From positions 672,001-736,000 of the forward strand of contig CAXXHO010000003.1 in assembly GCA_963667725.2 (NCBI GenBank): a stretch of DNA of 64,000 nucleotides. Direction: 5' to 3'. Below the pieces are notes generated by a model that made no database searches, was not told the DNA's origin, and saw only the letters and a program-made list of their open reading frames with translations. A program made the position numbers and the translations under genes. Below, piece after piece: positions 56,894-64,000 of this stretch. Numbering within the stretch: the first letter of the stretch is position 1; every line of letters starts with the position of its first letter. This DNA comes from Treponemataceae bacterium. GTDB taxonomy: Bacteria > Spirochaetota > Spirochaetia > Treponematales > Rectinemataceae.

Positions 56894-57856
56894 ATGAAGA
56901 AGGCATTCCTTGCCCTCATGGTAGTCCTCGCTCTTTCGGCTACCCCCGTTTTCGCCCAGAAGATCAGGGTAGGCGTTTCGATCCCGACCGCCGACCATGG
57001 ATGGACTGGCGGCATAAACTACTATGCCCAGAAAGCCATCAAGGATTGGCAGGCCAAAGACAAGAACATTGAGTTCTACCTGGTGACCGCCGACTCGCCG
57101 GCGAAACAGGTCAATGACGTTGAAGACCTCATGGTCAAGGGCATCGACGCCCTGGTCATCCTGGCCTACGATTCAGCCCCACTCACCCCCGTTGTCAAGA
57201 AAGCCTATGAGAAGGGCGTCTATGTCGTATCCGTCGACCGCGGCCTCACCGAAAACGTGCAGGATGTCTACATCGCCGGCGACAATCCTGGCATGGGCCG
57301 CGTCTCGGCCGAATGGCTGGGCAAGGCTCTGGGCGGCAAAGGCGAAATCGTCGTCCTCGAGGGAATTCCCTGCGTTATCAATTCGGAACGAGTGGACAAC
57401 TTCAACGACGTCATCGCCAAGAAATTCCCCGGCATCAAAATCCTCGATTCCCAGCCCGCCAATTGGGACACACAGAAAGGCCTCGAGATCATGACCAACT
57501 ATCTGCAGAAGTATAAGAAAATTGACGCCGTTTGGGCGCAGGATGACGACGTTCTCGTCGGCGTTCTCCAGGCGTACAAGGAATCCGGCCGCAAGGACAT
57601 CAAGATATTCCTCGGCGGGGCAGGATCGAAGGTCATGATCAAAAAAGTAATGGATGGCGATGTTCTCGTCCAAGCCGACGTCACCTATCCGCCCTCGATG
57701 ATCGCCTCCGGCATTTCTCTCGCGATCTATGGCGCCCGTAACCAGCCCCTGCCTGGCTTCTATCAGGGAAAGATCCCCTCGAAGATCGTACTGGCCGCCG
57801 AGCTGATCACGAAACAAAACGCCAAGTCCTATTATCAGCCTGAATCGATTTTTTAA
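56894..57856 (+). CDS. Sugar ABC transporter substrate-binding protein
   Basis: Signal peptide; ADHGW, VDR, GDN, ANW and DDD motifs (RbsB-type). Confidence 0.92.
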   Translation: MKKAFLALMVVLALSATPVFAQKIRVGVSIPTADHGWTGGINYYAQKAIKDWQAKDKNIEFYLVTADSPAKQVNDVEDLMVKGIDALVILAYDSAPLTPVVKKAYEKGVYVVSVDRGLTENVQDVYIAGDNPGMGRVSAEWLGKALGGKGEIVVLEGIPCVINSERVDNFNDVIAKKFPGIKILDSQPANWDTQKGLEIMTNYLQKYKKIDAVWAQDDDVLVGVLQAYKESGRKDIKIFLGGAGSKVMIKKVMDGDVLVQADVTYPPSMIASGISLAIYGARNQPLPGFYQGKIPSKIVLAAELITKQNAKSYYQPESIF

Positions 57857-57878
57857 AAATAAATAAAAGTGCGGTTGT

Positions 57879-57908
57879 GGGGGCCGCGGCCGGAAGGCCG
57901 CGGCCCCC
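57879..57908 (+). other. GC-rich hairpin after the SBP gene (mRNA stabiliser or pause site)
   Basis: GGGGGCCGCGGCC-GGAA-GGCCGCGGCCCCC; no U-tail. Confidence 0.5.
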
Positions 57909-57997
57909 GGCACATCCCGGGCATGGACTTCGGCGCGGCTGATCGCTAGAATGAGTGCGTTTTCCGGCCGGAAAAGCCTTAGTCCCCGAAGCAGGAA

Positions 57998-59023
57998 ATG
58001 CCAATGGCCCAGAAACCCTCGCGCGCCGATGTCGCCCATTTGGCGGGTGTCGCCGAATCCACGGTATCGCGGGCGCTCAACGACTCGAACCTCATCACCG
58101 AGCCCATAAAGAGCCGTGTCCGCGAAGCGGCCAAAGAACTTGGATACATACCTTCCCGGCAAGCCGCCCTTTTCGCGCGCAAGCGCACGAACACGATAGG
58201 TTTTGTCGTGCCTTCCTACGGTTCCTTCCCTCCCTTTTCCCGATCGTACTTTCCCGCCCTCCTCGATGGTGTCGTTTTGGAGACCGACGCGAACGATTAC
58301 GCTACGACGGTTATCCTCGACAAGCAAAGCAGCTGCAACGAAGATTACATGGCCTTGATACGGTCAAAAACGGTCGATGGGCTTCTCTTTGCCGTTACTC
58401 GAGACGATTTCGAGCCATTTAGGGGTTTACGCCAGCAGGGCGTGCCCTTTGTGCTCATCAACAACTACCAGGAAGGATTGAATAGTGTCGACGCCTTGCC
58501 TGAACCGGGCATGCGCATGGCTTTTTCGCACGGCTTCAACTTGGGCCACAAACATTTCGGCTATATCACGGGCGATATGCGCTACAAGAACGCGATCGAC
58601 CGTCTGCATGTCTTCAAAAAGCTTTGCATAGAATATGGAACTGCCTCTTCGGTGATCGAGGGCGATTTTTCGAAGACATCGGGGTATAGAGGCGCGGCCC
58701 GCCTCCTTGCCCCGGCCAATCGTCCCAGCATCATCATGACGAGTTCGGATCGCTCCGCCTTCGGCGTCCTTAATTACGCCGCGGAGCACGGAATCCGAAT
58801 TCCCGATGATCTGAGCGTCATCGGTTACGACAACCTGCCTCCCGTTCAGGATGTCACGCCGCCTCTGTCCACCGTCGACCATCCCGTCACCAATCTCGCC
58901 AAAAAGGCGACGAGACTCCTCCTGAGCATCCTAAGGGACGAACGCATCGAGCCCGTCCAGGAATGGCTGGATACCGGCTTCATTGTCAGGGAATCGACCA
59001 CGATTTACAGGCAGCGCCCATGA
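57998..59023 (+). CDS. LacI-family transcriptional regulator
   Basis: DVAHLAGVAESTVSRALN HTH; LGY.P, VDG, IPDDLSVIGYDN and LSTV motifs. Confidence 0.93.
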   Translation: MPMAQKPSRADVAHLAGVAESTVSRALNDSNLITEPIKSRVREAAKELGYIPSRQAALFARKRTNTIGFVVPSYGSFPPFSRSYFPALLDGVVLETDANDYATTVILDKQSSCNEDYMALIRSKTVDGLLFAVTRDDFEPFRGLRQQGVPFVLINNYQEGLNSVDALPEPGMRMAFSHGFNLGHKHFGYITGDMRYKNAIDRLHVFKKLCIEYGTASSVIEGDFSKTSGYRGAARLLAPANRPSIIMTSSDRSAFGVLNYAAEHGIRIPDDLSVIGYDNLPPVQDVTPPLSTVDHPVTNLAKKATRLLLSILRDERIEPVQEWLDTGFIVRESTTIYRQRP

Positions 59024-60135
59024 CGCGTCTCGCGATCGTCGGCACCGGCGGCATGGCCGAATATCAGGCGAAGAAATTCGCCGAAAATGGCAACTGCGCG
59101 ATCACCGCCTGCGCCGACCGGAATGCCGACCACGCGCGGAATTTCGCCCGACGCTTTGATATTCCCTATCATTGCGACGCCATCCGGACGCTTCTGGATC
59201 ATGGAGACTTCGATGCCGCCACCTGCTCGGTGATCGACAGCCAGCACGCCCGCATCTGCGAGGCTATTCTCGGCCGCGGCCTTCCCGTCTTCTGCGAAAA
59301 GCCTTTGGCGCGCAGTATCGCGGAGTGCGAACGGCTCACAGGGCTAGCAGCGGAGACGCCGGTGCCGGCTATCGTCAACTTTTCTAAACGGAACGCCCCG
59401 GCCCTTCATGCCCTGAAAGCCGTCCTCGACACGGGCGAACTCGGCGCGATAGAATCCGTTGACGCTTCCTATCTCCAGGATTGGGTGGCGAGCTCCCACT
59501 GGGGCGATTGGAAAACAGTGCCGCGCTGGAAATGGAGACTCCTCCCCTCCGAGAGCAGCTCGGGAGCGGCGGGGGATTTAGGGAGCCATCTCGTGGACGC
59601 CCTGCTTTTCCTTTTCGGAAGCCTTTCGGCGGATAAGCCGGGTAAGGGCTTGAGTCTCATCGAGGCGATGGATGCCGGCTTCCTGACGGCGGAAACGTTG
59701 CCGCCTGAATTCATGGACAGCGCGGTCGCGCCTCCTCTGGTGGAGTTTTCGGCCAATATCTCTCTTCCCGGCGGCATCCCCCTCACGCTCAGGACGAGCT
59801 GGATCGAGCGGGGCTCCACCGACGTTTTCGCGATACAGGTCCAGGGTTCGAAGGGCATGGCCTTGCTCGATCTCGTGAAATCGCGTGCTTCGATCGAAAT
59901 CCGGCCAGCAAGCTCGGCTGGATCGGGCGACGATTATGGGGATGGCGCCTCCTCGATCAGGCGCGATGGCCCATTGATTCCATCCACCTATGAGCGCTTT
60001 ATCGAACTGACGGAAGCGCATATCGCGGACGCGGATGCCGACGTCGAAACCGACGCCGACTATCCGACTTTCGAGCAAGGACTCAAGGTAATGCGCGTTC
60101 TCGATTCACTAATCCCTGGAGGCTTGCCGAAATGA
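59020..60135 (+). CDS. Gfo/Idh/MocA-family oxidoreductase
   Basis: IVGTGG, CEKPLA, WR and GDLGSH motifs; ATGA overlap with lacI. Confidence 0.88.
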   Translation: MTRLAIVGTGGMAEYQAKKFAENGNCAITACADRNADHARNFARRFDIPYHCDAIRTLLDHGDFDAATCSVIDSQHARICEAILGRGLPVFCEKPLARSIAECERLTGLAAETPVPAIVNFSKRNAPALHALKAVLDTGELGAIESVDASYLQDWVASSHWGDWKTVPRWKWRLLPSESSSGAAGDLGSHLVDALLFLFGSLSADKPGKGLSLIEAMDAGFLTAETLPPEFMDSAVAPPLVEFSANISLPGGIPLTLRTSWIERGSTDVFAIQVQGSKGMALLDLVKSRASIEIRPASSAGSGDDYGDGASSIRRDGPLIPSTYERFIELTEAHIADADADVETDADYPTFEQGLKVMRVLDSLIPGGLPK

Positions 60136-60998
60136 AGAAAATACCTCTTGGTACGCTCGTCAAGGGTGACGCGGATCCGGCGATGGCCATTCGGACGCTG
60201 GGGCCTTTGGGGTTTGAGTGCTTTTCTCTCTCTTTCTGGGAGGGCCTGGGTGGTACCGATCTCCTGAAGCTCGCCGAAGAGGTGGGAAAAGCGACCGAGG
60301 AGACGGGCACGTTTATCAGCGCCCTCTCCGTCTACGGCAATCCTCTAAGGGACGACGAAAGGGGCACCGCGACCAGGGGAAGCCTGGAAGCTCTCCTGGA
60401 TGCCGCTCCGCGCTTCGGCTGCGGCCTGGTAAGCTGCTTCGCCGGCCGCGTGCCGGGAACCTCGGTGAAAGATTCATTGCCCGCGTGGAAACGATACTTC
60501 GCCCCTCTGGCCGAGCGAGCCGAAGTATCGGGGTTTAGGATCGCTTTCGAAAACTGCAGGCTGGGTGACACGTGGAAAACTGGCTCCTGGAACATCGCCA
60601 TAAACCCCGACGCGTGGGAACTCATGTTCGACGCGATATCTTCCCCGGCGATCGGCCTGGAGTGGGAACCCTGCCATCAGGTGGAAGCCCTGGCCGATCC
60701 CTACGCTCAGCTGAAAGCCTGGCTCCCGAAGATCCTTCATCTCCACGGCAAGGACGCGCGGATAGACAAGCGCCTCTTGGCCGCTCGAGGACTCTACGGT
60801 TCGACACGCTGGCACGCTTCCTGCTTACCCGGGAATGGCGACACCGACTGGAGGCCTATCCTTGACATCCTCGGGCGTCGCGGGTATACAGGCAGCATCG
60901 ACATAGAAGGCTGGAACGACGCCGAATGGTCGGGAGAAAGGGAACAGGAAGGTCAGGCGAGGGCTTTGGCTCATTTGAAAAGCTGCAGGGGAGCCTGA
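60132..60998 (+). CDS. Sugar phosphate isomerase/epimerase TIM barrel
   Basis: FENC, WEPCH, HLHGKD, PG.GD.DW and IDIEG motifs. Confidence 0.85.
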   Translation: MKKIPLGTLVKGDADPAMAIRTLGPLGFECFSLSFWEGLGGTDLLKLAEEVGKATEETGTFISALSVYGNPLRDDERGTATRGSLEALLDAAPRFGCGLVSCFAGRVPGTSVKDSLPAWKRYFAPLAERAEVSGFRIAFENCRLGDTWKTGSWNIAINPDAWELMFDAISSPAIGLEWEPCHQVEALADPYAQLKAWLPKILHLHGKDARIDKRLLAARGLYGSTRWHASCLPGNGDTDWRPILDILGRRGYTGSIDIEGWNDAEWSGEREQEGQARALAHLKSCRGA

Positions 60999-61049
60999 TA
61001 ACAACCAAAGCGGAACCGGCGGTCGCGGCTGGTTCATTGGAGACCAGTC

Positions 61050-61952
61050 ATGCGTGATGACGCGAGGCTCAGGGATTTTATGTCGAGATTGGACAGCGGC
61101 GTCTATTTCGTCGATCGACAGCGGAGAATCACTTTCTGGAACAGCGCGGCGGAAAAGTTGACCGGATACTCTGAAAGCAAGGCTCTAGGTTCTCGCTGCT
61201 CGGACAATCTCCTGAGGCATATCACGCCCGACGGAGTCCAGCTTTGCCTGCAAGGCTGTCCCCTCGCCGGAACGATTTCGGACGGTAAAGTGCGGGAAGC
61301 CGACGTGTATATGCATCACAGCAGCGGGCATCGGGTTCCGATCACCGTATGGGCGGCGCCGCTCACCGATGAAACCGACACTATTATCGGCGCCATCGAG
61401 ATATTCTCCGATCGCCGCGATCGATCCACCCTTCTTTCCGAACTCGAGCGCCTGCGGCATGAGGTGCTCACCGATCCGCTCACGGGGCTTGGCAACCGGC
61501 GCTTCCTGGACATCATGATTGAATCCCGTCTCCTCGCCCTGAGGGAAGGGGCGGCATCTTTCGGGCTCTTCGTGGCCGACATCGATCACTTCAAGTCAGT
61601 GAATGACGAGTATGGCCATGATGTAGGCGACAGGGTGCTCGCCATGGTCGCCGCGACACTTAGTTCGGCGGTGCGTCCCCTCGATGCCGCCGTGCGCTGG
61701 GGCGGCGAGGAATTTATCCTTGTATGCCCGAATGTGGCTGATGCGCTTGCCTCCATCGCCGAGCGAGTCAGGACGATGGTGGAGAAAAGCTGGGTGGAAC
61801 TGGAAGATGGAAGGACCTTGTCCGTGACCATCTCCGTGGGCGCCGCCAAGGCCGCCAAAGGCGACACGCTCGAATCCATCGTGGCAAGGGCCGACAAACG
61901 CCTCTACGAAGCCAAGAATTCCGGCCGGAACCGCTGCGTCGTGGGCGATTAA
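61050..61952 (+). CDS. PAS-GGDEF diguanylate cyclase
   Basis: PAS (WN.AAE.LTGY); DPLTGLGNRR, DIDHFK.VND.YGH, RPLD I-site, GGEEF and KNSGRN motifs. Confidence 0.92.
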   Translation: MRDDARLRDFMSRLDSGVYFVDRQRRITFWNSAAEKLTGYSESKALGSRCSDNLLRHITPDGVQLCLQGCPLAGTISDGKVREADVYMHHSSGHRVPITVWAAPLTDETDTIIGAIEIFSDRRDRSTLLSELERLRHEVLTDPLTGLGNRRFLDIMIESRLLALREGAASFGLFVADIDHFKSVNDEYGHDVGDRVLAMVAATLSSAVRPLDAAVRWGGEEFILVCPNVADALASIAERVRTMVEKSWVELEDGRTLSVTISVGAAKAAKGDTLESIVARADKRLYEAKNSGRNRCVVGD

Positions 61953-62935
61953 GCCCTGTCCAGAATTCCTTGGTACTTCTCCGCGAAGAGCGCCGGCTGG
62001 CCTCCCGTATTCCAGAAAAGCACAGACTCGTCCTTCCCGAAACAACCCTTTCGTATGAGATCGACGAGGCCAGCCGCGGCCCTTCCCGTATAGACGGGAT
62101 CGAGTAGCAGCCCTTCGGTCCGCGCGAATAACGTCACCGCTTCTCTTTCGGCGCCGGTGAGCACGCCATAGCCGGCCGAACAATAGGAATCGTTCGCGAG
62201 AATCTCCTCCGGCCTTATCTCGATGCGTCTGCCTAGAAGCTCGGAGGCGTTCGAGGCGAGGGTCGAGACGCGCGCCTTCAGCCAGGCCTCCGATTCGTCG
62301 ATGCTGATGCCCAGGACCTTTCCGCGATAGCCGAAGAGGCGCGCTCCCAGGGCTAGCCCCGCGTGGGTTCCTCCCGAAGAGGTACCGAAGACGAACCAGT
62401 CCGCGTCTATGCCCTGGGCCAGGACCTCCTCGACCGCGAAGGCATAGCCCATCGCCCCTATCGGGCTCGATCCGCCGTAGGGGACGAAGTAGGTCTTTTC
62501 TCCCGCGGCGTCCAGTTTCCCGCAGGTCTCCCTTTGCGTTCTTTCCCTGTCCTTCCTGTCGGCGACCCAGACGATGCGGGCGCCGAAAAGCCTGTCCAGG
62601 AGGAGATTCGCGCTTGGCTCGTCGGGTTCGCGCCCGTCCAGCACGAGGACGCAGCCCATGCCGAATTTAGCCGCCGCAGCGGCCGTCTGCCTGCAGTGGT
62701 TGGATTGGGCGGCTCCCGCCGTCACGAGCGTCCTAGCACTCTTCGCCAGGGCGTCGGCCACCAGGAACTCCAGCTTGCGCGTCTTGTTGCCGCCCAGTGC
62801 GAGCCCCGTGGCGTCGTCCCTTTTCACGAAAAGGCGGGGTCCGCCCAGCTCGGCCGAAAGCCGCTTCATTTCCTCGATCGGCGTCGGAAGGTGGGCGAAT
62901 CTGATCCTGTCGACGTTTTTCTCGATTGCGCTCAC
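61949..62935 (-). CDS. D-cysteine desulfhydrase family PLP enzyme
   Basis: KRDD, GGNKTRKL, QSNH, SSGGT, LDPVYT and TGG motifs. Confidence 0.88.
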   Translation of the reverse strand: MSAIEKNVDRIRFAHLPTPIEEMKRLSAELGGPRLFVKRDDATGLALGGNKTRKLEFLVADALAKSARTLVTAGAAQSNHCRQTAAAAAKFGMGCVLVLDGREPDEPSANLLLDRLFGARIVWVADRKDRERTQRETCGKLDAAGEKTYFVPYGGSSPIGAMGYAFAVEEVLAQGIDADWFVFGTSSGGTHAGLALGARLFGYRGKVLGISIDESEAWLKARVSTLASNASELLGRRIEIRPEEILANDSYCSAGYGVLTGAEREAVTLFARTEGLLLDPVYTGRAAAGLVDLIRKGCFGKDESVLFWNTGGQPALFAEKYQGILDRA

Positions 62936-62953
62936 GACGGCTCCTTTTTTATG

Positions 62954-64000
62954 TCATTGTCCCGAAGGTCTGCGGTGTTCGAACCTCAGGCCCGACGCGT
63001 TCCTGACGGTAAAGCCTTTCCAGTAGGTATCGCTCCCCGCCGTCGATTCCTTCGAACGCTCGGGCAGGTCGAGATAGGCCTCGGCCGCCGGATCCTCCAT
63101 CAGATATTTCGCGAGGAAGGCGGTGACGAAGTGCTGGGCTATATTGTTGCCCCGAACGCCGTCCCAGACCGGATCCTGGTAGTGTTTCCAGTATCTGGCC
63201 TCGGGGCCGGTCGACAGGCAGACTTCCCTCGGCGCCGGTATGGGCGCAATGGCGTTGTGGCCGGCGTTCTCGAAGGTGAGGAGGTATCGTTCAGCGTGGA
63301 CGCAGTTCTCGAAAATATTCCGCACGCCGGGCTCGTAGCCCACCGTCGTATCGATGCTGCCGGCGAGGAAGATCAGCGGGGTTCTGACGCCTTCCAGGCC
63401 TGATTTATCCCAGAACCCATGGGTCCAGCCCCAGGGGGCTATCGCCACGGCGGCCTTGATCCTGGAATCCAGGCTTGCCTCATACTGGGGGTTGCCCGCC
63501 TGCCTCGCGGCCAGGAGCATATTGGGCGGCGCCAGCGGGTTTTTTACTATGGCCGGGCTAAAGCCGCCGCCGATCGTGTTTATCAGGCCGTACCCGCCCA
63601 TGGAATAGCCGATGATGGCCGTCCTGTCTGCGTCAATCATGCCCGCGAGGTTCGCGCCTACGCCCTCGTCCGTACCCGCGCCGGTACCCGCGCCCTCGTC
63701 CTCGCCGTTGAGGCGAGCCAAAGCGTTCAGGATGAAAAGCTGATCGAGGGGTCGGTTGTACAGGGTGGAGGAGAAGGCACCCAGATTGTCGTAGGTGCTC
63801 TCGAAATGGTCCATCGAAACAACGATATAACCCTTGCTGGCGAGGTTTTCGCCGAAATGGCACATGATGAACCGGTTGCCGGGATATCCGTGCGAGAGGA
63901 TGACGAGGGGGCAGGGCCCTGCTTCCTTCGCTGGTTCGGCGTTCCTGACGGCCCGTCCCCAGAGCGAGACAAAGGTCTTGCCGTCGCGCGTCATGACCTT
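62954..64000 (-). CDS. Alpha/beta hydrolase (dienelactone hydrolase/PAF-AH-like), 5'-truncated by the window edge
   Basis: SHGYPG, LASKGY, GYSMGG nucleophile elbow, GS.D and GHN motifs; frame open to the window end. Confidence 0.85.
   Translation of the reverse strand, partial: KVMTRDGKTFVSLWGRAVRNAEPAKEAGPCPLVILSHGYPGNRFIMCHFGENLASKGYIVVSMDHFESTYDNLGAFSSTLYNRPLDQLFILNALARLNGEDEGAGTGAGTDEGVGANLAGMIDADRTAIIGYSMGGYGLINTIGGGFSPAIVKNPLAPPNMLLAARQAGNPQYEASLDSRIKAAVAIAPWGWTHGFWDKSGLEGVRTPLIFLAGSIDTTVGYEPGVRNIFENCVHAERYLLTFENAGHNAIAPIPAPREVCLSTGPEARYWKHYQDPVWDGVRGNNIAQHFVTAFLAKYLMEDPAAEAYLDLPERSKESTAGSDTYWKGFTVRNASGLRFEHRRPSGQ

Overview
GC-rich bacterial chromosomal window, probably from an anaerobic spirochaete (inferred from J-domain/polA/coaE/SPOR synteny). 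It is almost entirely metabolic and I saw no rRNA, tRNA, CRISPR array, IS or prophage. Layout: (1) 1-16.5 kb, minus strand: purine uptake and catabolism, with a BMP-type ABC transporter, ade, xdhAB, an allantoinase-like enzyme, ygfK, ssnA and the start of a probable ygeY. (2) 16.5-21.4 kb: housekeeping SPOR, coaE, polA and a J-domain gene. (3) 21.5-24.2 kb: psuK-psuG-FAH, converging on (4) a 15-gene minus-strand operon at 24.3-38.9 kb with a LIV-type ABC transporter, DRE-TIM synthase, divergent Buk/Ptb, TIM-barrel epimerase, GntR, split UxaA, Ldh_2, LarA-family racemase and M20 hydrolase. (5) 39.2-46.5 kb: TRAP transporter, two tandem enolase-superfamily dehydratases and two divergent FadR regulators. 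(6) AEC transporter, lipoprotein and an apparently leaderless DUF2087 regulator. (7) 49.1-61 kb: xylBA, then a LacI-associated sugar ABC locus with two Gfo/Idh/MocA and two TIM-barrel enzymes. (8) PAS-GGDEF, D-cysteine desulfhydrase-like enzyme and a partial alpha/beta hydrolase. The best novelty candidate is blocks 3 and 4: their promoters share the same tandem ATRYATS heptamer motif, suggesting one uncharacterised GntR regulon that couples C-nucleoside cleavage to an unusual organic-acid pathway. All calls come from motif recognition by eye; no database searches were run.
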